A stretch of DNA of 64,000 nt from a virus. The notes beneath the pieces were generated by a model, which saw only the letters and a program-made list of their open reading frames with translations, had not been told where the DNA came from and ran no database searches. Below, one piece after another: positions 18,051-26,571 of the stretch. Numbering within the stretch: position 1 is the first letter of the stretch; the number at the start of each line of letters is the position of its first letter. The DNA is taken from positions 32,001 through 96,000 of IMG/VR virus record IMGVR_UViG_3300037231_000119. One strand, given 5' to 3'. The translations under genes were made by a program, and so were the position numbers.

Positions 18051-18143
18051 GTATAGCAGATTAACAGCCGACAATAAGTTACCCGAAAAGTGAATTTCAG
18101 CATCCAATAATTTCAAGTACTTAAGCTTGGCACAACAATAGCA
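18051..18143 (+). promoter_or_regulatory. sigma54 promoter P6
   Basis: TGGCACAACAATAGCA; IHF-like TTTCAAGTACTTA. Confidence 0.75.
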
Positions 18144-18171
18144 ATAGATAGTAATAAGAGGTAATTTAAAA

Positions 18172-18582
18172 ATGCGATCACTACGGTCAAATCTAGTTCT
18201 GGTATCGGCCTACGGTTCTAAACTCTCGAATGAGCAAAATCATGCCAACCATGAGAAGGCCATTGAAATGCTTGAGAGAGACAACGTTCGATTCCAGGTA
18301 GTCAATGGAGTCTATAAGGGAGCCAAGGAGCTTGTATTCCTAATGGCTAGCACTGACACTGATACACATGACCAAAATGTGACGACCGCTTATATGTTAG
18401 GGCACTTGTTTAATCAAGAGAGTCTACTTGAAGTTCATAACGACAATACGGCGGTACTTCACTACTTGGGAGGCGAGAGCGTTAGCCTTGGGAAGTTTCA
18501 GGAAGTTAGTGAATTTGAAGCTTTGAGTCACGATTCATATACGCATGAGCCAGTATTGGATCGATATTTTGTGGTTAAGTAA
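18172..18582 (+). CDS. S-adenosylmethionine lyase (T3 SAMase-like), putative anti-restriction/anti-BREX
   Basis: VLVSAY..N..NH, GVY...E, FNQESLL, LGKFQEV parallel T3 gp0.3 motifs (VLVSAF, GCYRE, WEQDCVL, GSFQEV). Confidence 0.75.
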   Translation: MRSLRSNLVLVSAYGSKLSNEQNHANHEKAIEMLERDNVRFQVVNGVYKGAKELVFLMASTDTDTHDQNVTTAYMLGHLFNQESLLEVHNDNTAVLHYLGGESVSLGKFQEVSEFEALSHDSYTHEPVLDRYFVVK

Positions 18583-18603
18583 TTAAAACTTAAGGAGAAT
18601 AGT

Positions 18604-19584
18604 ATGAGTATTAAGGGGTTCAAAGCAATGAGTGCAGATATGACCTGCCGTGAGTTTAAATTCAAAGTAGGTAAAACCTATACTACCGATACGGTTACTA
18701 TGTGTTCTAGCGGGTTTCATTTTTGTGAGAATGCGTTTGATGTATACAATTACTATCCTAAGAGCGTCAATACGGTCGTATGTGAAATAGAAGCGTTAGG
18801 TGAAGTTCTTAAAGAGGGAGATAAAAGCGCAACTAATAAAATTAAGATCATTAGAAAATTAACAGAAACCGATTTACTTAATCTTTGGATTAAACGAACG
18901 AACTCGGGCTATGGGAACTCGGGCAATAGGAACTCGGGCGATTGGAACTCGGGCGATTGGAACTCGGGCTATGGGAACTCGGGCAATAGGAACTCGGGCG
19001 ATGGGAACTCGGGCGATTGGAACTCGGGCAATAGGAACTCGGGCAATAGGAACTCGGGCGATGGGAACTCGGGCGATTGGAACTCGGGCAATAGGAACTC
19101 GGGCTATGGGAACTCGGGCAATAGGAACTCGGGCTATGGGAACTCGGGCAATAGGAACTCGGGCGATTGGAACTCGGGCGATGGGAACTCGGGCTATTTT
19201 AATACAACTATTCCAGTTTATCTCTTCAATAAGCCATCCACTATGGTCTACTCGGAGGAATTTGAAAATCGTATTAGAGGCTTATCTGTCAAGCCTATTC
19301 TTGAATGGGTTGGAATGGACACTATGACTGAGGAAGAAAAAACGATTTACCCATCCCACAAAACTACAGGCGGATTCCTACGTAAAACAGATAGGTTCGA
19401 CTGGCGCTATCTGACCAATGAAGATAAGGAATTCATTAAGGCACTTCCAAATTTCGATGATAGCTTGTTTAAACAAATCAGTAATGGTGTCAGTCTTTCA
19501 GATAATGTGGAAGTTACTATTAATGGTAAAACTAAAACTATCTCCAAGGCTAAGGCTATTGAGATGGGGTTAATCGAAGAATAG
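18604..19584 (+). CDS. Phage protein with NSGxx pentapeptide repeats
   Basis: N-terminal GFK...CSSGFHFC..YY domain followed by 20 NSGxx repeats. Confidence 0.85.
   Translation: MSIKGFKAMSADMTCREFKFKVGKTYTTDTVTMCSSGFHFCENAFDVYNYYPKSVNTVVCEIEALGEVLKEGDKSATNKIKIIRKLTETDLLNLWIKRTNSGYGNSGNRNSGDWNSGDWNSGYGNSGNRNSGDGNSGDWNSGNRNSGNRNSGDGNSGDWNSGNRNSGYGNSGNRNSGYGNSGNRNSGDWNSGDGNSGYFNTTIPVYLFNKPSTMVYSEEFENRIRGLSVKPILEWVGMDTMTEEEKTIYPSHKTTGGFLRKTDRFDWRYLTNEDKEFIKALPNFDDSLFKQISNGVSLSDNVEVTINGKTKTISKAKAIEMGLIEE
18901..19200 (+). repeat. Tandem repeat, 20 x 15 nt
   Basis: AACTCGGGC plus AATAGG/GATTGG/TATGGG/GATGGG. Confidence 0.95.
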
Positions 19585-19629
19585 GGTCAGAAGTGATTTT
19601 TAACAAAAGTGAATTTTAAGGGGAATGGT

Positions 19630-20007
19630 ATGTTGAAGAAGAATGCAATGAGATGGGTTAAGGCTTTGAGATCTGGTAAGTATAAACAGGGAGATCAATT
19701 TTTAATGAGGGGAGATGAAGACTCAGTCCATAGATTTTGTTGCCTCGGGGTATTGGCAGCCATCAATGGAGTTGAGGTTGAACCAGACGATCGTCAGGCT
19801 CTTGATAACGGCTTGCATGTGGACTGTGACCTCGCCACCGAAGCGGGAAGAATCTATAAGCTCGATGAATATAACAACCGTTTTCCAATTAAACTGAAGG
19901 TGGGAGGAAAACTGTGGTCTTACCAATCGTTGGCGGATGCTAATGATAGTGGTGCAAGTTTTAAGGTCATCGCAACTTGGATTGAAAAGAACTATAGGTT
20001 AATTTAG
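19630..20007 (+). CDS. Conserved phage hypothetical protein
   Basis: WVKALRSGKYKQG...FCCLGVL...ND.G.SF..IA.WIE. Confidence 0.75.
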   Translation: MLKKNAMRWVKALRSGKYKQGDQFLMRGDEDSVHRFCCLGVLAAINGVEVEPDDRQALDNGLHVDCDLATEAGRIYKLDEYNNRFPIKLKVGGKLWSYQSLADANDSGASFKVIATWIEKNYRLI

Positions 20008-20053
20008 TTCCAGAAGTGAATTTTCAGCGTCGATAAACAATAAGAAGGAAAAT

Positions 20054-20806
20054 ATGAATAACGGTATTAAGTTGATCTTGATCTTGGTTGGATGTGTTGT
20101 GTTGAATGGCTGCGGTGGGAGTCAAGGTAATACGGGCGCAACGGGAGCACAAGGCAATGACGGAGCGGTCGGCGCAACTGGTGTAACCGGTCCTACGGCA
20201 TCTCCTAGTCCAACGGCAACCGAGTCAGCTGCTCAAGTATTGGTTGATGAAGTTAATGCTTCTAGGGAGTTACAAGGACAAGCTCCATTCACTTCCGGTC
20301 TTGCTTGTACGGTCCAAGCAGTTGGATCTGGCCAATGGTTGTCGGCTTCTAGTCCCGGGTACGTCGCCTTGACTGCGGCACAACAGACAGCGGAGGGTAT
20401 TATTACGGTTCTGGCCGGTTCTAAGTCCTATCCCTATCTGTTCACCGGCTCGTTTGACCAGGTTAATAGCGGTCCAGGGGCCAACAGCCTATTGCCAACG
20501 GCCTTGCAACCACTATTCTTGGCCAATAACTATAAGATCGGCTGTAATGGTCAACTTGTGATTACTCAAGCTGGATACTATACGTTGGATATGAACAGCG
20601 ATGATGGATCGATCCTAACCATTGACGGTGTTCAGGTCATCAATAATGACGGTAACCATGCCATGACTGATGGAACGGGCGTATACTTCTTTACTGAGGC
20701 AGTCCATACGTTTAGCTTGCTCTATGCTCAATCTGGTGGTGGTAACTTTGGATTGGTGCTTCAGTCTAATGGCACGGTTCTCGATGGTTCGTTGTTCTAT
20801 CATTAA
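20054..20806 (+). CDS. Lipoprotein with collagen-like segment and PA14 domain
   Basis: Lipobox LNGC; GxT repeats; SDDGSILTIDG.QVINNDGNH. Confidence 0.85.
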   Translation: MNNGIKLILILVGCVVLNGCGGSQGNTGATGAQGNDGAVGATGVTGPTASPSPTATESAAQVLVDEVNASRELQGQAPFTSGLACTVQAVGSGQWLSASSPGYVALTAAQQTAEGIITVLAGSKSYPYLFTGSFDQVNSGPGANSLLPTALQPLFLANNYKIGCNGQLVITQAGYYTLDMNSDDGSILTIDGVQVINNDGNHAMTDGTGVYFFTEAVHTFSLLYAQSGGGNFGLVLQSNGTVLDGSLFYH

Positions 20807-20885
20807 TAGTTAAGGCGCCCCATATGTGATTTTAGGGTTGCATATGGGATTTTTTATAAAAGTGAATTTTAACAAAGGAGTTTAT

Positions 20886-21203
20886 ATGAATAAGATCTTG
20901 ATCGGCTTGTCTTTCTTGGTAATGTCCTGTGGTTCTGGTTCCTCTAGTCCATTCGCCCCTTCTTGTCAGACGGGTCAGTTACTTGGATATGACAATCAAT
21001 GCTATTCCTGTAATACCGGTACCCCAGAATACGCATCGGGGGAATTTGGATACTGTAGTTCCATAAATTCTGGGGGAGTTACTTGTTGTTCTACGGAATT
21101 CTGGAACTATAATAACATTACTTGTGAGCCAAGAACCCCATGGTTGTGTTCGGATGCACTATGCCACTCTTCAAATATTGGAGTTTGTGTTTATCTTCCA
21201 TGA
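20886..21203 (+). CDS. Cys-rich lipoprotein
   Basis: Lipobox VMSC; many Cys; GGAG RBS. Confidence 0.7.
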   Translation: MNKILIGLSFLVMSCGSGSSSPFAPSCQTGQLLGYDNQCYSCNTGTPEYASGEFGYCSSINSGGVTCCSTEFWNYNNITCEPRTPWLCSDALCHSSNIGVCVYLP

Positions 21204-21229
21204 GAAGTGAATTTTAAGGAGAATTCTAT

Positions 21230-21451
21230 ATGACCAAATATGAAGAAAGTCAACAAGCTAAAAGAATTCTGGCCGGTCAGTTTTATGCCGCTCCACCATA
21301 TGAAGGATGGGCTAAGCTTTATGTGGACGCCGAACGTGGTATTCCAAAGGCTTGGTATAACGATTTCATTGACGAATTGGTTAGTGAAGATGTGCACTAC
21401 AGACATCAGCTTGAGGAGTCGGTGAGATATTTTGGGGTGCATTGGGTATGA
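21230..21451 (+). CDS. Hypothetical protein
   Basis: GGAG RBS. Confidence 0.6.
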   Translation: MTKYEESQQAKRILAGQFYAAPPYEGWAKLYVDAERGIPKAWYNDFIDELVSEDVHYRHQLEESVRYFGVHWV

Positions 21452-21660
21452 CAGACGTAGTTTTTAGGGCAGACTTAGAACCAATGAGCTGTTCAACTTG
21501 TAATGTTCCTCTGAAGAAAGCTTCATATGTTCCAGGAAACCATGGACTTTATTGTAATATATGTGTTGAATTCGTGGAAGAAATTGAAGAAGAGGGGGAG
21601 CAAGAAATTGTGGAAGATAGTGGGGTTGTGCCAGAAGTGAATTTTGAGGAGGCAGTATGA
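21448..21660 (+). CDS. Zinc-ribbon acidic protein
   Basis: CSTC..CNIC. Confidence 0.55.
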   Translation: MTDVVFRADLEPMSCSTCNVPLKKASYVPGNHGLYCNICVEFVEEIEEEGEQEIVEDSGVVPEVNFEEAV

Positions 21661-21866
21661 AAAGTGTTTTTCTGGTAGAGTCAGGAGAGAGATATGAGGG
21701 ATCGGTTGTTATAGGAGTTTATAGATCCCGAGGCGGTGTTGTTCAGGCAGCGATGGATGAACAGGAGGATCACGAAGGAAAATGGGTTAAGAACAATCAC
21801 TCTTCTTATTGAACCAATGGATCCGACTATGTGCGCATAACTGAAATTGACGTTGAGGAGTAAAAT

Positions 21867-22055
21867 ATGGATTTTGTTAATGGAGATACTGTGATCATGA
21901 AGTCTGGTGGACCTACTATGATCGTTATAGATGAAAACACAAAGTATGGTTATGTAACCTGCGCATGGTTTGATAGAAATGGTGAAGTTCATCAAAATAA
22001 CTTTCTTCCCATTACATTGGAAAAATATAGGCGCCCAAGGCCAGGTCCAAGATGA
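21867..22055 (+). CDS. YodC/DUF2158-family protein
   Basis: F..GDTV.MKSGGPTM.V...VTCAWF. Confidence 0.85.
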   Translation: MDFVNGDTVIMKSGGPTMIVIDENTKYGYVTCAWFDRNGEVHQNNFLPITLEKYRRPRPGPR

Positions 22056-22157
22056 GTGCGCCAGGACCAACCAAGTTAGATAGGCAAATGGCCCATGTAT
22101 GTTTTCTATTGTCGATTGTGATTTTTGTGATAGTGTGGAAACTGAAATGAGTAATTT

Positions 22158-22325
22158 ATGAAATATTTGAAAGTGATTTTGCAGCCAATTAAAATTAAGG
22201 GTGACTTGGATGATGAAACCCAACTACAGCAGGATGTGTATGAGAAAGTAATGAATATGATCGAGTCGGAAACATTGTCGTTCCAGGTGGACGACGAGGA
22301 AGAGGAAGACGACTGTGACTTCTAA
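22158..22325 (+). CDS. Small acidic protein (55 aa)
   Basis: Manually found: MKYLKVILQPIKIKGDLDDE...DDEEEEDDCDF. Confidence 0.5.
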   Translation: MKYLKVILQPIKIKGDLDDETQLQQDVYEKVMNMIESETLSFQVDDEEEEDDCDF

Positions 22326-22536
22326 TATTTCAATGTTGGAATTTTACCGAATGCTTGAAGAGCACGACTGGTACTTTACCATGTCGGATGACAGAAGTGT
22401 TTATCTTAGGGGAAGCCGAGAGGAATCGGAACTAAAAGCTATTTCTAGCAGTTCTCCTGAACGTAAGGCTCTTTATGATGAGTACTATTCCTATCAGTGG
22501 AAGGGTACTGAAAAGCCAGCTAAGCCTCTATTCTAA
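22315..22536 (+). CDS. Hypothetical protein (HDWYF.MSDD family)
   Basis: Recognisable motif. Confidence 0.65.
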   Translation: MTSNISMLEFYRMLEEHDWYFTMSDDRSVYLRGSREESELKAISSSSPERKALYDEYYSYQWKGTEKPAKPLF

Positions 22537-23012
22537 AAGCCTTCTTTATTGGCTTCAGCTTTTCCATCAATCTCTTCTAAGTTGCCGAAATCCATCCCAC
22601 CTGACTTAGGTAGTGGCTTAGATTCGGCTTTCTTAATTTCAGCTTGGATGGTTTCCTGCGTAGGCCTTTTCTTTTTAGCCGCTCTGGCAATCTCTCTATT
22701 AAGTACGGCGTCAACCATTTGCTCTTCTTCCTCCTTACTTACGCGACGATAGGTTGGATCTTTGATCAGGTAGAGTTTCTCGAGGAGGTCTTCCCCTTCT
22801 TGCTCAATAATGGATGGATGGTACTTATCTTCATACAGCGCCTGTAAGACCATCATAGGATCTAGCTCGTTCATAACCACATGAAGAGCGGTATGGAATT
22901 GGACGCTATACTGGCGACAGCGAATTCTCCACACAGAATCTGGAGTGGGATCGAGACATGCGTTGATTGCTTTGAGTTCGCAATACTCAAATAGGGAGAA
23001 GAAGTCGATCAT
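22533..23012 (-). CDS. Putative tail assembly chaperone (second part)
   Basis: R.YS..FHT.L..V..L motif; lies downstream of a chaperone-like gene. Confidence 0.55.
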   Translation of the reverse strand: MIDFFSLFEYCELKAINACLDPTPDSVWRIRCRQYSVQFHTALHVVMNELDPMMVLQALYEDKYHPSIIEQEGEDLLEKLYLIKDPTYRRVSKEEEEQMVDAVLNREIARAAKKKRPTQETIQAEIKKAESKPLPKSGGMDFGNLEEIDGKAEANKEGF

Positions 23013-23024
23013 AGTAGGGGCCCA

Positions 23025-23471
23025 TTACTCAGCAGCCTTCTGAAGAAGTGCCTCAGCCTTAGCTATTGATTTAGTTAAGATCTCCTCACGTTCTTTAGAA
23101 ATCTTATCTTTGAACATAGTCTCGGCACGATCGCTTGCGTCAAGAACCAATTTGATGATCTGAAGGTCCCCTATGTTTCCTGCGATGCCCCCCGGTTCTT
23201 GGGATGCGGATGTCCAAAAAGGTGGGGCCTTAATAATAAGCTGGTTGAGACGACTAAGAGCGTAAGCTAAGTTAATTTCCGTCTCACTGGCCAACATCGC
23301 AAACTGTCCGAGATAGCTCCTATACTCCCTACCAGCATGAAGAAGTTCTGTGGGATTGAGATAGGTGCGAAATACGAAGGTCCCAGTGTATGTTCCACCT
23401 ACCTCCGAATCAGTTTTTGGCATAACCCAAGTAGCCGTTGAACCTTCTAAACGAATATCATTGTTGTTCAA
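23025..23471 (-). CDS. Putative tail assembly chaperone
   Basis: G.YTGTF.FR...L...IIKAPPFW pattern. Confidence 0.6.
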   Translation of the reverse strand: MNNNDIRLEGSTATWVMPKTDSEVGGTYTGTFVFRTYLNPTELLHAGREYRSYLGQFAMLASETEINLAYALSRLNQLIIKAPPFWTSASQEPGGIAGNIGDLQIIKLVLDASDRAETMFKDKISKEREEILTKSIAKAEALLQKAAE

Positions 23472-23551
23472 AATAAACCCCTCAATCCTTATTTACAATA
23501 TATCACGGAACTGTGACCTGACGGCAAATCCCCGAATTAAACCTATAAATT

Positions 23552-23739
23552 GTAAACTAAAACAGTTGAAAACCAAAATCCTCAATGAAATCAACAAACA
23601 CTTAAAAGAATACTTGGATAAATCAAGAGAAAGAAAACTTACTCTTCTTCTATCATGAGAAACAACCAAAGCTACAAACTATTTTACATAAACAGTAAAA
23701 TAAATTTCTTTCCTTGGTTAAAATACATAAAAGAAAGAA
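23552..23739. repeat. A-rich non-coding direct repeat, copy 2
   Basis: 71 nt identical to 6930-7000. Confidence 0.9.
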
Positions 23740-23816
23740 GGCAGCTAGAAAATCAAATTTTCGCTTGACCATCTTCTCGAGAGTTGATATGGTACTAATT
23801 AAGGAGTAACTGAATT

Positions 23817-24059
23817 ATGAACAACCTTTACGAGATCGGTCCAGACCTCTTTGAAGTCCACTCAAGCCGCCCTACAGCTGTCTACAAGGGCACGCAGCTT
23901 CAAACCTTAGTCTATTGCGTCCAAGTGCTCAAAGTCGATCCAGAACAACTACAGTTCGCTATGATAGATATGATTCAGAAGGATCACAACAGCGCGGACT
24001 TTGGTATTCTTGGAACATTCCTGTATAGTTTTAATAGATATGAAAAGAAGGCTTCCTAA
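23817..24059 (+). CDS. Hypothetical protein
   Basis: TTGACC promoter and AAGGAG RBS. Confidence 0.7.
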   Translation: MNNLYEIGPDLFEVHSSRPTAVYKGTQLQTLVYCVQVLKVDPEQLQFAMIDMIQKDHNSADFGILGTFLYSFNRYEKKAS

Positions 24060-24060
24060 T

Positions 24061-24270
24061 ATGTTTAGACCAATGGAACTCTGGCGGCATCGTAATTGCT
24101 TAGATATCGATATCTTAGTACTCAAGATACAGTTTCAACATAGTGATTATGTTATGGCCAAGGTTAAATACTGGAATCGACACTATAAGGTATTTTCTTG
24201 GGCTGACCCAGAAACGGTTAAGATCTTGAGAAGTGATTTCAGTAAGTGGACCTTGGTGGAAGAAGCATGA
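24061..24270 (+). CDS. Hypothetical protein
   Basis: Follows the previous stop. Confidence 0.6.
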   Translation: MFRPMELWRHRNCLDIDILVLKIQFQHSDYVMAKVKYWNRHYKVFSWADPETVKILRSDFSKWTLVEEA

Positions 24271-24487
24271 GTGTAGAATTGATCAAAACTGAATCAAAAC
24301 CATGTGTTAGATGTGGCTGCAAGGATTTTAAGGTGATCTTGGGAGCTAAGGCTTGTGTTGAATGCCTTACTTATATTCCTAAAGAATTAGTGCGTGATAT
24401 AAGAAAGTAGGAGTATCTATGGAAAACATGAAGACTTTGACCGTTCATTGCTATGCAGAAGATCCAACTCAAGAACGGAGGGTTACC

Positions 24488-24664
24488 ATGAGGCTTGCCC
24501 TTATTACCGTTATTGCAGCAGCCACGGAAGATACTGTGATTAGTGGAAAGCCTCGTAGGATAGTTACGGTGATGTTTATGGATGGCGCCAGCCTGGATGT
24601 AGTGCTCGATCATTCTGATTTGACCATGTTGGAAGAAGCAATTGGGTCTTACTGTTTTGAATAG
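24488..24664 (+). CDS. Hypothetical protein
   Basis: GGAGG RBS. Confidence 0.55.
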   Translation: MRLALITVIAAATEDTVISGKPRRIVTVMFMDGASLDVVLDHSDLTMLEEAIGSYCFE

Positions 24665-24668
24665 TCGA

Positions 24669-25040
24669 CTATTTTGAATCGACGAGCTTCACCAAAAGCT
24701 CCAGCATGGACTTAGTAGAAGCGGCCAAATCTTCCCTAAGTTCTTGAATTCGTTGACCTAATACTCTAACTTCCGCATTGTACGTATCTTTTACGTGTGT
24801 AAATTCGTTTGTTACGATTTGTTTTTGAGTTTCTAATTCAACTTCTAACTTTTTTATCTTGTCTTCCAATAAGACAGACACCTTAGCCACTTCTTCTTTG
24901 GCCTGATCTAGGATAGACTCTCTGTATTTCTCTCTCTTAATAGCCATCCCAAGCGTAACATGGCGATATGATGTATAAATCATGCCACCTGTGGTGGCTA
25001 TAGCTGCTATAATTCCGGTTGCGGTGCCTATATCGATCAT
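24669..25040 (-). CDS. TM plus coiled-coil protein (lysis-associated candidate)
   Basis: N-terminal TM, coiled coil, late-promoter motif at 25059. Confidence 0.65.
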   Translation of the reverse strand: MIDIGTATGIIAAIATTGGMIYTSYRHVTLGMAIKREKYRESILDQAKEEVAKVSVLLEDKIKKLEVELETQKQIVTNEFTHVKDTYNAEVRVLGQRIQELREDLAASTKSMLELLVKLVDSK

Positions 25041-25108
25041 ATGGTGTATCCCTTCGAGTAAGATTGGCTGAAAATAGGTCATGATATAGTAAGGGATAGG
25101 GGATTTAT

Positions 25109-25381
25109 ATGGAGACTAAAGAAGAAGGTTTTTTCGATTTTTTGCTAGGCTACAGGAAGACTCTGGCTTGGGTTGCCATGTTTGCGATTTCAATAGTTTT
25201 CCGCCTTAAGGGGTATATTGACGGAGGCCAATTTGTGGACCTATCTAAAGCCACTTTTTTGGGATTCATAACTGGTAACTTGGGTGAACATCTCGGGAAC
25301 CTAGGACAGGCCTATTTTAATAGTAAGGCCGGAGCGGCTGTAGAAGCTAAGGCTATCGCTGAGGTTAAAAATGTCATCTAA
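25109..25381 (+). CDS. Putative holin
   Basis: Two TM segments, GYRK motif, precedes spanin-like genes. Confidence 0.6.
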   Translation: METKEEGFFDFLLGYRKTLAWVAMFAISIVFRLKGYIDGGQFVDLSKATFLGFITGNLGEHLGNLGQAYFNSKAGAAVEAKAIAEVKNVI

Positions 25382-25673
25382 ACTGTCCCTCCTCTGGGCA
25401 TACATTAAGGCCGAACTCTCTGACATCTGGGCCAAAAGTAAGATGTGGATTATTGCAGGGGCAAGTCTTATTATCTATTTGAAATGGCGTCAGATTAAGG
25501 AAGCTCTTATTGTAAGAGCCGGAAATAAAGAGATTCAGCAGTCTAATGCACAAGACAAAGATCTTTCGGTAGCTGAGACCACGGCCAATGCTAGCGCTGA
25601 AGCGATCATTAAGTCTGCAGATGCCTTGCCAGCTAGCGAACCGGCCGTCGATGACAATTGGAATACCAAATGA
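25371..25673 (+). CDS. Putative i-spanin-like membrane protein
   Basis: Single TM then helical region. Confidence 0.5.
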   Translation: MSSKLSLLWAYIKAELSDIWAKSKMWIIAGASLIIYLKWRQIKEALIVRAGNKEIQQSNAQDKDLSVAETTANASAEAIIKSADALPASEPAVDDNWNTK

Positions 25674-26062
25674 AAAAACTTATTGTTAGCCTTCTTCTAC
25701 TCTGCACTTTTTCAAATTTAGCTTTCGCCGATTGCGATTGGAAGACCGGCATTGTTCCTGGTCCCAATAAGACCTTTGTGTATTCAGAGGCGTGCCATTT
25801 AGCCGTGGGAAAACTGGTTCAAGATTCGACCGTTAAAGACCAGCAGATTCTGGATTACAAACAGGCTATTTCACTTAAAGATCTTGCTCTAACAAATTCC
25901 GACGCTCGTGTGGCTATGTGGGAAAAAAGTTCTTTAGATCAAATGGATAGGCTTACCAAGATTGATTCAGAGCAGAAACACAATGACTTTCTATATTTTG
26001 GATTGGGAATTCTTAGCGCTGTGGCGGTTGGTTTCGCAACCGCAAAATTGGTGGGTAAATGA
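25670..26062 (+). CDS. Secreted/TM-anchored coiled-coil protein (spanin-like)
   Basis: Signal peptide, coiled coil, C-terminal TM. Confidence 0.5.
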   Translation: MKKLIVSLLLLCTFSNLAFADCDWKTGIVPGPNKTFVYSEACHLAVGKLVQDSTVKDQQILDYKQAISLKDLALTNSDARVAMWEKSSLDQMDRLTKIDSEQKHNDFLYFGLGILSAVAVGFATAKLVGK

Positions 26063-26569
26063 TCAGCCCCTAACGGGTAGGGAAGCCACAATTTTATACA
26101 GATCCGCTGGCGCTAAATTTGCTACTGGTTGAGTGATCTTAACCCCCTCGTAGTTCTCTAGAATATAAGCGACCATTTCCGAACAGAAGTCAGACGACTG
26201 ATCATACTGAAAAGGATTGCTTATTTTAATTCCCACTAATTGTCCCAAACGAACTAGAGCCATACCTAGAATCCCACTAATGCTGTAAGGTTTACCTAAT
26301 TGATTTATGGCAAATTGTAATAGAGCCTTCTTATCCTTAATGGGGAAGGCAAATTCCTTATAAATATTCTCTTTTGTATCGAAAAGAGGTTCGCCTATGA
26401 AGTTAACCACTAATCCACTTGCCTGTATTACTATATTTTCACTTAGCCCGTTCAATTGGACCCGGATATAGGAATGCGAGAACGGCGACCAGTACGCCAA
26501 GCGAATCAGCCATGAAAATGGAGCAAACCAAGCAGCCGGTTTTGAAAATCCTATTACGATTGAGTCCAT
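26063..26569 (-). CDS. Permuted papain-like (YiiX/YebB N1pC/P60) enzyme
   Basis: FSWLIR...FSH...QLGKPY...FCSEMVA...PADL. Confidence 0.85.
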   Translation of the reverse strand: MDSIVIGFSKPAAWFAPFSWLIRLAYWSPFSHSYIRVQLNGLSENIVIQASGLVVNFIGEPLFDTKENIYKEFAFPIKDKKALLQFAINQLGKPYSISGILGMALVRLGQLVGIKISNPFQYDQSSDFCSEMVAYILENYEGVKITQPVANLAPADLYKIVASLPVRG

Positions 26570-26571
26570 GT

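Larger units (their letters stand above)
15514..21645 (+). repeat. Dispersed oriented motif AAGTGAATTTT (at least 9 exact copies)
   Basis: Copies at 15514, 16882, 17437, 17673, 19607, 20014, 20860, 21205, 21635; variants at 16792, 18088, 19591, 22172. Confidence 0.85.

Noticed and set aside
18901-19200. CRISPR array or DGR variable region
   Set aside because: Units are 15 nt with no unique spacers and lie in frame in a CDS. The AAC adenines are invariant, and no template repeat or reverse transcriptase is visible.
18911-19327. MGTRAIGTRA ORF
   Set aside because: Alternative-frame shadow of the NSGxx repeat.
6930-23622. attL/attR of an integrated element
   Set aside because: Both flanks are phage-like with the same promoter styles, and the repeat does not overlap a tRNA or host gene; kept only as an unexplained repeat.
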